The position numbers and the translations under genes are program-made. The notes below the pieces were generated by a model that did no database searches, was not told where the DNA came from, and saw only the letters and a program-made list of their open reading frames with translations. Shown here one piece after another: positions 17,244-25,738 of a DNA stretch of 64,000 nt. The stretch lies in the IMG/VR virus record IMGVR_UViG_3300036861_000610, positions 32,001 through 96,000 of that record; one strand, 5' to 3'. Source of the DNA: a virus. Within the stretch, counting starts at the first letter, position 1, and each line of letters starts with the position of its first letter.

Positions 17244-17318
17244 TAGGAACGGGAAGAATCGAACTTCCGACCTCCGAGTTATCAGCTCGGCGCTAACTAA
17301 CCACTGAGCTACGCTCCC
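17244..17318 (-). tRNA. tRNA-Ile(GAT)
   Basis: Loop CTGATAA. Confidence 0.9.
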
Positions 17319-17454
17319 ATTGGTGGTGGGCGCAGAGGCGACCTACGCCGAATAGTCGCTGCAGCCCAGCCAGAATCATCTGCTCGCGCGAACTGCAGCG
17401 AGGGTCTGGCAGCCTATGACACTGCAGCTATCCCCTTTTACGCCAGGGACACCG

Positions 17455-17543
17455 CGGAAGATCAGGGATTCGAACCCTGGGGGCACCTTACGGCACCCAC
17501 CGGCTTAGCAGGCCGGCCCATTCGACCACTCTGGCAACCTTCC
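17455..17543 (-). tRNA. tRNA-Ser(GCT)
   Basis: Loop CTGCTAA, long variable arm. Confidence 0.92.
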
Positions 17544-17675
17544 AGGGCTGAGGCATGAACAAGCACCTGACGCAGTCGGTACCCTCCGGAAGGTGATGAC
17601 TGTCGCTGCCTTTTATCAGAGACCTCAGCTTGTCCGGCACAAGGAGGGGGCTACCTCAATGTGGGCTCCGAACCG

Positions 17676-17750
17676 CGGTCCGTACGGGATTTGAACCCGC
17701 GATCTCCGCCTTGACAGGGCGGCGCTTTGACCAGGCTAAGCTAACGGACC
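17676..17750 (-). tRNA. tRNA-Asp(GTC)
   Basis: Loop CTGTCAA, G73. Confidence 0.92.
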
Positions 17751-17803
17751 AGTGTGTAGGCCTTGCACCTACTCGGAGATCATAAGGACTACCTCTACGG
17801 GCG

Positions 17804-17876
17804 CGCTAACGACGGGACTCGAACCCGCGACATCCGACCTGACAAGCCGGTGCACTAGCCGCTGTGCTACGTCAGC
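17804..17876 (-). tRNA. tRNA-Asp(GTC)
   Basis: Loop TTGTCAG, G73. Confidence 0.88.
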
Positions 17877-17933
17877 AAATGGGGGTAGCAGTAGGCGCCA
17901 TTGCCCCCGCCTTCAAGGTGGAGCGGTGAAGCG

Positions 17934-18015
17934 TGCCCAGGGTGGGGTTCGAACCCACATCCCCGAAGGGACCTTCTTTTAAGGAAGGCATGTCGACCAA
18001 TTGCATCACCTGGGC
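17934..18015 (-). tRNA. tRNA-Leu(TAA)
   Basis: Loop CTTAAAA, variable arm with UUCG loop. Confidence 0.88.
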
Positions 18016-18407
18016 AGGCGAGTTGTTGACCAAACCCCTGCGCATGACTTGCCGCAGAACGGTCCAGCTTTACCGAGTACCCCTTGATTCCGACGAACCT
18101 CGCGCTGAGGTTTTGAAGATTTATTGCCACAAACGGGGCAGACAAAATTGAACATTGGTGCAGACGAGGTGCTTCGTTTCCTGTTCTCCTCTGGAGAGAG
18201 GACCTGAAGGTTGGAGACGTCATCATTGAGGCAATCTTTATCGATATGATCGGCCTCTTCGTCGGAGCTTAACTCGCGACCTAGGTGTTCTTCTAAAAGG
18301 TATCGAGCATATGACTGAGTGCGCCGAGTCCCATCGTCTGCGATCTTGATGACCAGACGACGAACCTGATTCCCAGTCTTGTAAAAATAGGGTCCGTAAA
18401 CTTTCAC
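18006..18407 (-). CDS. HNH homing endonuclease
   Basis: ADHIDKDCLNDDVSNL...N; C-terminal CPVC/CGKSC. Confidence 0.85.
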   Translation of the reverse strand: MKVYGPYFYKTGNQVRRLVIKIADDGTRRTQSYARYLLEEHLGRELSSDEEADHIDKDCLNDDVSNLQVLSPEENRKRSTSSAPMFNFVCPVCGNKSSKPQREVRRNQGVLGKAGPFCGKSCAGVWSTTRLPR

Positions 18408-18433
18408 GGGTCGCAGTTTACTACAAGTGCGTT

Positions 18434-18511
18434 TGGTACCTACGGGGAGACTCGAACTCCCAACCTCCGGGACCTGAACCCGGCGCCTCTGCCAAATTGG
18501 GCTACGCAGGC
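18434..18511 (-). tRNA. tRNA-Leu(CAG), short variable loop
   Basis: Loop TTCAGGT, ACCA end. Confidence 0.88.
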
Positions 18512-18630
18512 AAGGCACCCCAGTTTTTTCAGTCCACGATCATTGCCTCGCGAGCCTGATCGCTTTCCTTTGCGTCAATGTCGTGCGTCCCCCTGGGGTT
18601 AGGGCTTGACGCTGTCCGTGGAACCGGGCG

Positions 18631-18822
18631 TGGACCTGGCGGGATTCGAACCCGCGACCAATGTAGGCGGTGAGGTAACGCGCTTCCCTGCCGAGGGTTG
18701 AAGTTCCTTGTCCTGTGGTCTTCTACACCACGGGCTCGGTCCCGGTGCATCCGATAAACCCTTTTCCGTCGTGACCCGGCTCCGTTTTTCCGGCGCTCTG
18801 ACCCTTCCTGAGCTACAGGCCC
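18631..18822 (-). ncRNA. 192-nt tRNA-Ala-like RNA with anticodon arm replaced by a long hairpin
   Basis: GGGCCTG/CAGGTCC-A (G3:U70), intact D and T arms, insert with GTTACCTC. Confidence 0.75.
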
Positions 18823-18835
18823 ATTGCTCCTTGCG

Positions 18836-18911
18836 TGGATCCGACGGGATTCGAACCCGTACCTCTGCAAACCGTTAGCTGCTTATGCTCTCGCCATTAA
18901 GCTACGGACCC
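18836..18911 (-). ncRNA. tRNA-Ala-like RNA with aberrant anticodon arm
   Basis: GGGTCCG/CGGATCC-A (G3:U70), normal D and T arms. Confidence 0.65.
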
Positions 18912-18922
18912 ATTATTGACGA

Positions 18923-19087
18923 CTACCTTGAACCGCACCCACAGGAAATCTGCCCTGAGCCACCGCAGGTTCCGCAGGTTCTCTGCAGACCGCCGCTGGC
19001 GCGTATGAAGCCTTTACCATCACATGCGGCGCACTTGGTGTACCCATTGCCGCGACAGTTTGGGCACACCGGCTTCTTGTCTGCCAC
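18923..19087 (-). CDS. DnaJ-type zinc-finger microprotein 3
   Basis: AAGGA SD; CPNCRGNG, CAACDGKG, CGTCGGSG, CGCG. Confidence 0.75.
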   Translation of the reverse strand: MADKKPVCPNCRGNGYTKCAACDGKGFIRASGGLQRTCGTCGGSGQISCGCGSR

Positions 19088-19150
19088 GTGTTGGTTCCTT
19101 CTGGTGAGTTGCTTTGACCGCGGGAAGCGTAATGCCCGGGGCCATCTTTT

Positions 19151-19242
19151 TGGGGTGCGTGGGAGGACTTGGTTGACCCCCATCTTCCGCCACATGTTCG
19201 CGACGTCGGAAATGCGGTGCTCTACCTTGAGCTACACGCACC
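19151..19242 (-). ncRNA. tRNA-His-like RNA with expanded anticodon region
   Basis: G-1:C73 plus CCA, normal D arm, non-canonical anticodon and T loops. Confidence 0.6.
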
Positions 19243-19243
19243 G

Positions 19244-19316
19244 TGGAGCTTGCCGGACTCGAACCGGCCACCTCCGCCTTGCAAAAGCGGCGTTCTACCA
19301 GATGAACTAAAGCCCC
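19244..19316 (-). tRNA. tRNA-Ala(TGC)
   Basis: G3:U70, loop TTTGCAA. Confidence 0.92.
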
Positions 19317-19487
19317 GCAGAAGCCAGAGCTGATGAGTAACCCTGGCTTCCTAGTCGTTTGCCGTTCTGCCCGCTCAACCGAACTACTAGGCACTCTCGA
19401 CGACTGGCGAGATTCTGGATCAGGGAAGCGCACCTTTAGACCAGTTCGTTCCTCGGGAGCTACCCGAGGCCGAGCTTCTCTGACACG

Positions 19488-19560
19488 AGCCAACGACGTG
19501 GATCGAACACGCTACCTCCCCCGTACGAAGGGGGCGCCCTACCTTCAGGGCCTCGCTGGC
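19488..19560 (-). tRNA. tRNA-Thr(CGT)
   Basis: Loop TTCGTAC. Confidence 0.82.
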
Positions 19561-19569
19561 ACTCTCTTG

Positions 19570-19854
19570 CTACCAGGACACTGAGACCGGCGCGTACCAG
19601 TCCATATCCTCACGGTCGGCGGCCTGCGTTTTGAGCAGGCCCTGGCGGACCGTCCGCCAGGCGGCACGCTCCTGGCCGCGCAGGTGCTTACGGAACAGCT
19701 GACCTACGCACAGGTTGCAGCCGCAGGTGTTGTACAACGGCCACGGCTCTAAGCCCTGGCCGCCGTGCCAGTCGGGGCGCCATAGCATCCGATGCCGGTT
19801 GTACGGGTCTGCCGTCTGCACCTGGAAGGGGCGATGAACGTCGGTTCGGGACAT
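19570..19854 (-). CDS. hypothetical 'MSRT' protein
   Basis: MSRTDVHRPFQVQ...CGCNLC...Arg-rich helix. Confidence 0.7.
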   Translation of the reverse strand: MSRTDVHRPFQVQTADPYNRHRMLWRPDWHGGQGLEPWPLYNTCGCNLCVGQLFRKHLRGQERAAWRTVRQGLLKTQAADREDMDWYAPVSVSW

Positions 19855-19896
19855 GTGACGACCTGTCCTTCGGCCGCCTGGAGACTTTCCCCAGGG

Positions 19897-19917
19897 CTAA
19901 CACCGGTTGACGTGCAT
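19897..19917 (-). promoter_or_regulatory. uORF (MHVNRC-TAG) with downstream alternative hairpins
   Basis: AAGGAG SD; CCTGG/CCAGG hairpin overlapping GGCGGCC/GGTCGTC hairpin. Confidence 0.55.
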
Positions 19918-19951
19918 CGTGATCACTCCTTTTTAGGTCGATACTGAGCAC

Positions 19952-20158
19952 ATGAGCGAAACTGTCCAGATCATTTCCGCGGTGACCACCGGCGTGGTGG
20001 CCATCATCGCCGCCTACGGCGCCATCCAGGCCAAGAAGGTCCATACGATTGTGAATTCTCGAACCGACGCCATGGTGGCTCGGATCGACCAGTTGGTCAA
20101 GGAGCTGCATGTCCGGGGCGATGGCTCCGTTCCAGAAACCCCAGAGAAGAAGGATTGA
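19952..20158 (+). CDS. small membrane protein
   Basis: N-terminal TM helix plus coiled segment. Confidence 0.6.
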   Translation: MSETVQIISAVTTGVVAIIAAYGAIQAKKVHTIVNSRTDAMVARIDQLVKELHVRGDGSVPETPEKKD

Positions 20159-20230
20159 GCCGGCGGTAGGGCTCGAACCCACTGCCTCGGAGGTACAAGC
20201 TCCGCGCTCTACCCGTTGAGCTACGCCGGC
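20158..20230 (-). tRNA. tRNA-Thr(TGT)
   Basis: Loop CTTGTAC. Confidence 0.9.
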
Positions 20231-20234
20231 ACTG

Positions 20235-20309
20235 TGCTCACCACGGGATTCGAACCCGTACTGTCGGCCCCCTCAAGACCGTGCCTCCTGCCAGTTGGGC
20301 TAGGTGAGC
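20235..20309 (-). tRNA. tRNA-Leu(GAG), short variable loop
   Basis: CGGTC-TTGAGGG-GGCCG. Confidence 0.82.
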
Positions 20310-20315
20310 ATGCGT

Positions 20316-20519
20316 TTATGGTTTCTTTTCGACGAGAAGGTCGGCAACTCGCTGCACCTGTGTCGCCAGATGCAATAGTGCCCAGACCTGAGCATCCTGA
20401 ATTGCTGCCGCGACACAATTTGGATCTTCATGGTGCCAAGATCGTTTGAGTGAACGTCGTGCTTCTCTTTCGAAGTCTTGAACCGTCTCTACGCGTGCTG
20501 CTTCTTCTTTATGATTCAC
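20316..20519 (-). CDS. hypothetical protein
   Basis: 67-aa helical ORF filling the gap. Confidence 0.5.
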   Translation of the reverse strand: MNHKEEAARVETVQDFEREARRSLKRSWHHEDPNCVAAAIQDAQVWALLHLATQVQRVADLLVEKKP

Positions 20520-20520
20520 G

Positions 20521-20599
20521 TGAAGCTGCCGGGATTCGAACCCGGGTCCTCGACTATTCCGCTGTACGGTTTTGCAGCCAAGTCGTACCCACCAGCCCC
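20521..20599 (-). ncRNA. minimal tmRNA-like RNA (tRNA-like domain only)
   Basis: GGGGCTG, stemless D loop, CGAC...GTCG-AGGAC, T-arm, CAGCTTC-A. Confidence 0.7.
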
Positions 20600-20708
20600 A
20601 TTTTGCTTGGCCTTGTCGCTCAGAGCTTCACAGGCCCTTTGCGCCCACATCCGGCGGTGTTACTTAGTACCGCGCCCACCAGATAGCCAAGCTGGTGGGT
20701 TCCTAGCG

Positions 20709-20780
20709 CACCCGGCCAAGGATTCGAACCTCAACTAACAGAGTCAGAGTCTGTTGTCCTGCCATTTAGACCAGCCGGGT
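20709..20780 (-). tRNA. tRNA-Gln(CTG)
   Basis: Loop CTCTGAC. Confidence 0.9.
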
Positions 20781-20824
20781 AGGGGGAGGATCCGCAAATT
20801 CGCGGTCGGCGGATCCTCCCGGAA

Positions 20825-21274
20825 TCAGCGCTGAAGGGTGGCCCACGTGGGAGCGTAGGGCTTCACCTTCAGGGTCATACCGGCCTCGTTGGGCAGCCGG
20901 TCACCCTTGAGCTGATTGCACGGGTCGCAACACGCGACGGTGTTGACCCAGGTGTTCTTCCCGTCCCGAGAGACGGGGCGGATGTGGTCCACCGTGGTTC
21001 CCTTGGTGCTGCCGCAGTAGCCGCAGCACCGGTTGTCCCGACGGAGGACGCCAGCCCGAGACCAGGTCGGACCGGCCGTGTATCGCCACTTGGTGACGAT
21101 GAAGCGAAGCAATCTGACAGCGGTTGGCCGAGGCCATGCACCGAACTGTATGTCAGGCTCCGCTTCGTGGATCTCTGCTATACCGCGGCAGAGCATCCGG
21201 ATTGCGTGTCTGAGGCTAACCCGGTGCAGTGGACCGAGGTCAGCGTTCAGAACCATAACTGCTGCCCCTTGCAT
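20825..21274 (-). CDS. HNH endonuclease (HNH_5/McrA-like)
   Basis: VLNAD...RD..CGYCG...TVDHIRPVSRDG..W.N.V.CC..CN..K. Confidence 0.9.
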   Translation of the reverse strand: MQGAAVMVLNADLGPLHRVSLRHAIRMLCRGIAEIHEAEPDIQFGAWPRPTAVRLLRFIVTKWRYTAGPTWSRAGVLRRDNRCCGYCGSTKGTTVDHIRPVSRDGKNTWVNTVACCDPCNQLKGDRLPNEAGMTLKVKPYAPTWATLQR

Positions 21275-21320
21275 CGAGTCACCTCCTTTGCGTGCAGAGG
21301 GGTTATCAATCTAGGTCACG

Positions 21321-21393
21321 AGCTGACGACGAGATTCGAACTCGCGACCCTCACCTTGGCAAGGTGATGCGCTACCAACTGCGCCACGTCAGC
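21321..21393 (-). tRNA. tRNA-Gly(GCC)
   Basis: Loop TTGCCAA, U73. Confidence 0.92.
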
Positions 21394-21474
21394 ATGTGGA
21401 AGGAGAGGAACCGTAAACCGGTCTTCCTGCCGGCATCCCGGCGCGGACCTTGTACCAGGTCTCCGTCTCCAACG

Positions 21475-21547
21475 AGCCTGCACCGGGATTCGAACCCGGA
21501 ACCTCCCCCTTACCATGGGGGCGCTCCACCTGGTGAGCTTTGCAGGC
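21475..21547 (-). tRNA. tRNA-Thr(GGT)
   Basis: Loop ATGGTAA. Confidence 0.88.
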
Positions 21548-21584
21548 GAAAACCCAGGCCACGAGGAGCTGGGTCAGTATTGCG

Positions 21585-21657
21585 TGCCCCCGCCCGGATT
21601 CGAACCGGGAACATCCGACTTTTGAGATCGGCGCCTCTGCCATTGGGCTACGGGGGC
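21585..21657 (-). tRNA. tRNA-Leu(CAA), short variable loop
   Basis: Loop CTCAAAA. Confidence 0.88.
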
Positions 21658-21660
21658 GTG

Positions 21661-21945
21661 CTACCAGTAGGCCTTTTCGGGGTCGAAGTCCGCCCATAGG
21701 ATCTCAGTCTTGACGTGGGCGTAGTTGCGCAGCTGCACCAGCTCCTTGTGGGCGACGATGCAGTCGTCGCAGATCCAGACCACCAGATCGGGGGCACTCA
21801 TCGTCGGGTCCCAGATCCGGCTGCCGTAGTTGCCGTGGGCCGCGAAGAGCAGCCCGCGGTTGGGGGCTTTGGAGTCATCCTCGTAGTCTTCGGCGAAGTT
21901 TCCGAATGCCGACTCCAGGGTCTTGAGGCATTTGAAGCAGTTCAC
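21661..21945 (-). CDS. hypothetical Zn-binding protein
   Basis: CFKC...GNYGSRIWD...ICDDC. Confidence 0.7.
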   Translation of the reverse strand: MNCFKCLKTLESAFGNFAEDYEDDSKAPNRGLLFAAHGNYGSRIWDPTMSAPDLVVWICDDCIVAHKELVQLRNYAHVKTEILWADFDPEKAYW

Positions 21946-21946
21946 G

Positions 21947-22017
21947 CTCGGGCACCTAGGTTCGAACTAGGACTCCTGCATCCAAAGTACAGTGGGCTCC
22001 CATTACCCCATGCCCGA
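21947..22017 (-). tRNA. tRNA-Gln(TTG)
   Basis: Loop CTTTGGA. Confidence 0.87.
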
Positions 22018-22021
22018 AAGG

Positions 22022-22092
22022 AACCGAGTACGGGAATCGAACCCGTTCGATCAGTTTGGAAGACTGAGATGCAGCCATCACATTCACTCGGC
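22022..22092 (-). tRNA. tRNA-Gly(TCC)
   Basis: Loop CTTCCAA. Confidence 0.85.
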
Positions 22093-22247
22093 TTGGCCTG
22101 GGCGGCGAGGAACAAGTTCCCGACGCCTTGCATGTCCCCACCCTATGGGCGCGGCCCAGGCTACGAAACTGACGTTGGGCTCCCTAGGTCAGTCAACCAG
22201 GATGAGCAGCCTGGTCCCGGGGAAGAACCGGGGGGCGGCATTGCCCG

Positions 22248-22321
22248 TAGAGCGTACGGGGTTCGAACCCGTATTCTCCGCCGTGAGAGGGCGGCGAGAT
22301 GACCAATTACTCCAACGCTCC
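22248..22321 (-). tRNA. tRNA-Glu(CTC)
   Basis: Loop CTCTCAC. Confidence 0.9.
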
Positions 22322-22465
22322 ATTGTTGCCCCCGCCGCAGGGTTTTTGTGTCGGCCTTGAGCCTTTGATCGCGGCCGATCTCCCTGCGCGGGGGCGTTCA
22401 CTGGTCAGGAATGTCTAGGGACGTCACTCTAGGCATTAAGGCGCCTGCCAGCTGTTCGTGAGTAC

Positions 22466-23488
22466 CTAGATCAGGTACAGGTACCGGGTGCCGGCGATCA
22501 GCTTCCGGTTGATCGACGTCGACTGGACGTAGATGTCGAAGTCGGGGTTGTGGTTCGGGCTCACCCGCACGTTCATGTCGGGCAGACCCACCATCTGACG
22601 CGCGTCCCGGCCGCTGTACACCTTGTGGTCCTTCTTGCCGACCACCATGATGTCCTTCGTCGCCTGGATTTCTTCACGCTTCATCAGCTGGTAGAACCCG
22701 CGGCCGGCCTGGTAGTTGTGGCCGCACGCCTTGGTGAACTCGTCGATGCGCGAGTCAGTTGGCACTGGCACCAGGACATAGGTGCCTTTTGCCATCGGCG
22801 TGAGGCCGGCCTGGGCGATGGTCTGGACGTTTACTGCGTCGGCGCCGGTGGAGAACAGGTTCCGGGTGGACCGGACGCCGGCTCGACGGGCCTGCATGTA
22901 GTTCTCGGTGGCGTCTCGGACGCGGTCTCCAGCTTCCCCGACGCCAGCTGCCGAGTTGGGGTTCCAGATCTCGATGTTGCCGGCGGAGAAGCCGAACTGT
23001 TTGGCCTCACGCATGCCCATGGCGTTGGGCACCAGTGCCGCAACGGTCCAATGGTCTTTGAGGCCGGCGAGACGCGCCTTGAGGGTGGCCGGTCGGTTAA
23101 CGCTGCGGTTTTCTTCGCCGTCGGTCAGGACGAAGACCAGGAACGAGTGGTCGCCGTAGCGTTCTGGGGTCTCCCCCAGGTGGTCCAGGGCCTGCAGTGT
23201 GGCGTCGATGAACGCGGTGTTGCCAAACGGTGTGTAGAAGCTGCTGATGCTCGGCAGCCGCAGCACATCCTTGTCCCAGACGACGCATTCGATGCGGTTG
23301 GGGTCGGCGAATGTCCACACCGAGATCCGGGTCTCCTGGTCCAATTCCTTGGACCGTCGGGCCAGGTGTTCAATCTGGCCGTCGGCGACTTTGATCAGGT
23401 CCTTTTTGTGCGGCGTCATCGAGGTCGATGCGTCTAGCACGAAGGCGATGTGGTTGATGATGTTGGCAATTGGTGCTGTCGCTGGCAT
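22466..23488 (-). CDS. vWA-domain protein
   Basis: MIDAS DASTS, T, TDGEEN. Confidence 0.88.
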   Translation of the reverse strand: MPATAPIANIINHIAFVLDASTSMTPHKKDLIKVADGQIEHLARRSKELDQETRISVWTFADPNRIECVVWDKDVLRLPSISSFYTPFGNTAFIDATLQALDHLGETPERYGDHSFLVFVLTDGEENRSVNRPATLKARLAGLKDHWTVAALVPNAMGMREAKQFGFSAGNIEIWNPNSAAGVGEAGDRVRDATENYMQARRAGVRSTRNLFSTGADAVNVQTIAQAGLTPMAKGTYVLVPVPTDSRIDEFTKACGHNYQAGRGFYQLMKREEIQATKDIMVVGKKDHKVYSGRDARQMVGLPDMNVRVSPNHNPDFDIYVQSTSINRKLIAGTRYLYLI

Positions 23489-23674
23489 CTATCACTCCAG
23501 GAGCTGTTGTGGATGTTGGTCCACATCCTGCTCTTGGGGTACGACAAGTTTTGTGCGCCGTGCGGCAAGGGAATGGCCGCAGTCCTTGTTAACCGCCAGC
23601 GTGGCTCGCCGCCTGGTCCTGCGGGACTTCGGCGCGGCTTCAATCGCGAGCTTCTGCTGCTTTACGGCACAACG

Positions 23675-23747
23675 TGTCCCCGGGCGGATTCGAACCGCCG
23701 TACTCCGACTTTTCAGGCCGGCGCTAAACCATCTCAGCTACAGGAAC
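23675..23747 (-). tRNA. tRNA-Phe(GAA)
   Basis: Loop CTGAAAA. Confidence 0.9.
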
Positions 23748-23787
23748 GTGTGCTGGATGGGTCTAGCCACCCAGACTTTTGAGGGAT

Positions 23788-23964
23788 TCAATTTGAAACG
23801 GTGCCTCGGCCGCCGCATCGGTTGCAAGGAACCGTTCCGGGTCCACCGCATCCTGTGCATTTGGTGATGTTGTCTTTTCCGCTTCCGGTGACGCCTCTTC
23901 CGCTACACGCAGAACATGTGATGGAGCCGGAGCCGGAACAGGTGGGACAAGACCGAGTAGGCAT
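23788..23964 (-). CDS. DnaJ-type zinc-finger microprotein 4
   Basis: CPTCSGSG, CSACSGRG, CTGCGGPG, CNRCGGRG; 58 aa. Confidence 0.8.
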   Translation of the reverse strand: MPTRSCPTCSGSGSITCSACSGRGVTGSGKDNITKCTGCGGPGTVPCNRCGGRGTVSN

Positions 23965-23993
23965 GATCTTCTTTCGTTTCGGGGCGGTGAATA

Positions 23994-24066
23994 AGCCTCC
24001 CCGAGGAATCAAACCTCGAATCTCCAGCCATATAAAGACTGGCGCTCTGTCGATGAGCTAGGAGGC
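23994..24066 (-). tRNA. atypical tRNA, probable TAT anticodon
   Basis: CCAGTC-TTTATAT-GGCTGG 6-bp stem; one-nt acceptor/D linker. Confidence 0.55.
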
Positions 24067-24171
24067 ATGGGCCACAGTAGATGGGTCAGATCCAGGCCGT
24101 CGCCCGCTACTACCCGCGCAACGCTGCGGTTCCATTGCGAACCATGTACATTGGCTTTCCCTTTTGGTGCG

Positions 24172-24244
24172 TGGAGCTACGGGGATTCGAACCCCGGACC
24201 TTCCGCATGCGAAACGGATGCTCTACCAGCTGAGCTATAACCCC
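24172..24244 (-). tRNA. tRNA-Ala(CGC)
   Basis: G3:U70, loop TTCGCAT. Confidence 0.92.
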
Positions 24245-24466
24245 ATGGAACCGGCGGGGGCAGGGTTACCCGCCCTGAGGCTTCCCCACGCCGGGCTTTT
24301 GTGATCCGTCTTTCTGGCCCCTCAGGACGGATCAACCGAGAGCATCTCCAGCCGCACGAAGGGCTGCTGCCAGTGAGGAAAGACTGTGCTGGGATCCCGG
24401 GAGACCACGGAGAGGCAACCGGATGAGCAGCCCTTTGCGGCCCAGGGAAGGACCGGGATCCCAGAG

Positions 24467-24539
24467 TGGAGATGAACGGATTCGAACCGATGACCTTCCG
24501 CCTGCCAGACGGATGCTCTACCAGCTGAGCTACATCCCC
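24467..24539 (-). tRNA. tRNA-Ala(GGC)
   Basis: G3:U70, loop CTGGCAG. Confidence 0.92.
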
Positions 24540-24731
24540 AAAGGTGCCCGAGGTGGGGTGGGCTAATCCCGGTCCTACTCCCAGCTGCTGGACCTGACCC
24601 ATTGGGCAATGGGTCAACCTCTGCCGGACCCGTCTGTTGCTCCGGCCTTTCAGAAAGGGGCTTTCACCCTTACCGCAGGAGGCTTTTCTTGAAGCTTGCT
24701 TCGCTCGCGCTCAGCGTGCCTGCTATGCCTG

Positions 24732-24804
24732 TCGGGCACCCCGGGGTCGAACCGGGTGTCTTCAGTTCCCAAAACTGACGGGTTAACCGTCTCCCTCGTG
24801 CCCG
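24732..24804 (-). tRNA. tRNA-Pro(TGG)
   Basis: Loop TTTGGGA. Confidence 0.85.
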
Positions 24805-25023
24805 AGAGTTAGAGACTGCCCTGGCCGGCAACCGATGGCCCGTCGCTCCAACGACTATGCGGAGGAATTAGCGGTCCTCACCACGACGCGCGTTGGCCAC
24901 AACGGATCGACCGGCCAGGGCATGTATCTATGAATGTGCTCCTGGCCCGACGATGCCGCCGGGGGCCGTCACCCGAAGGTGCCGACATTCATTGGCCTTG
25001 CCAGGCCAGGAACATCTACACAC

Positions 25024-25054
25024 ATGCTGTCCACTGTGAAGTTCTCAAGAAACA
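25024..25054 (-). promoter_or_regulatory. rrn-like boxA plus 5' arm of processing stalk
   Basis: TGTTTCTTGAGAACTTCACAGTGGACAGCAT; complement at 10740-10761. Confidence 0.7.
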
Positions 25055-25081
25055 CTTCCCCGGTTTCCCGGTTATTTCGCG

Positions 25082-25153
25082 CGCCGCCGCAAGGATTCGA
25101 ACCCTGACTAACCGGGTTGGAGCCGGTTATGCTTGCCGTTACATCACAGCGAC
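25082..25153 (-). tRNA. tRNA-Trp(CCA)
   Basis: Loop CTCCAAC. Confidence 0.9.
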
Positions 25154-25539
25154 TCAATGTTCTTTTGTGTCTTCCATGCACGCATGTACTCAGCCTTTTT
25201 AGCTCGACATGGAGCACACTTGCAGTTTCTTTTGCCGGAGATCCCACCTCCATGTTCAACGGATCGCATCATGGTGGTTTTTGCTCGATGATGCTCTCCG
25301 CACAGCAGCTGACACTTGGTCAACTCGGGAAGCAGAACTTTGTCTCCTCGGTTCCACATCTTAGCTATTGAGAATTTTTTAGTTGTGGGATTAATGTGAT
25401 CAAACTCTAGGTCTTCTGTCGCATCACACTCGGCACACTTGTTACCCAGGATTTGCTTTAGTCGGCCGATAACCTGCTCATACCGAATTTGATCATATTT
25501 AGTTCTATTCCACTCCTTGGCCCACCACTCGCGGTCCAA
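25144..25539 (-). CDS. HNH endonuclease
   Basis: CAECD..DLEFDHINP...KCQLLCGEHH; HG...CKCAPC; start uncertain. Confidence 0.85.
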   Translation of the reverse strand: MDREWWAKEWNRTKYDQIRYEQVIGRLKQILGNKCAECDATEDLEFDHINPTTKKFSIAKMWNRGDKVLLPELTKCQLLCGEHHRAKTTMMRSVEHGGGISGKRNCKCAPCRAKKAEYMRAWKTQKNIESL

Positions 25540-25559
25540 GGAACAATTCCCCCCCTCTA

Positions 25560-25599
25560 CGAAAGAAGCCGCCCTGTCCGGGTTCCGGGGGGCGGCTTC
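25560..25599 (-). terminator. intrinsic terminator/attenuator after leader peptide
   Basis: GAAGCCGCCC...GGGCGGCTTC followed by TTTC. Confidence 0.7.
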
Positions 25600-25618
25600 A
25601 AGATCCTTTGACCTTGAG

Positions 25619-25738
25619 CTACCCGTTGCCCGGGTTGCGCTGCTCATCGGCGTAACCGCCAAGCCGAACGAATCGGGGCATGGTGACAGCACCGGACAGC
25701 GACACTGTGTGCCACTGCTTCGAGGTGCTGCGCGTCAT
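25619..25738 (-). CDS. putative leader peptide (39 aa)
   Basis: AGGAG SD; MTRSTSKQWH...NPGNG-TAG between promoter and terminator. Confidence 0.55.
   Translation of the reverse strand: MTRSTSKQWHTVSLSGAVTMPRFVRLGGYADEQRNPGNG

Noticed and set aside
18660-18790. Group I intron in a tRNA
   Set aside because: Insert too short, no recognisable P7 core, and flanks do not rebuild an anticodon arm
23490-23668. tmRNA tag-like frame (AVKQQKLAIEAA)
   Set aside because: No stop after the AA and no linked tmRNA structure
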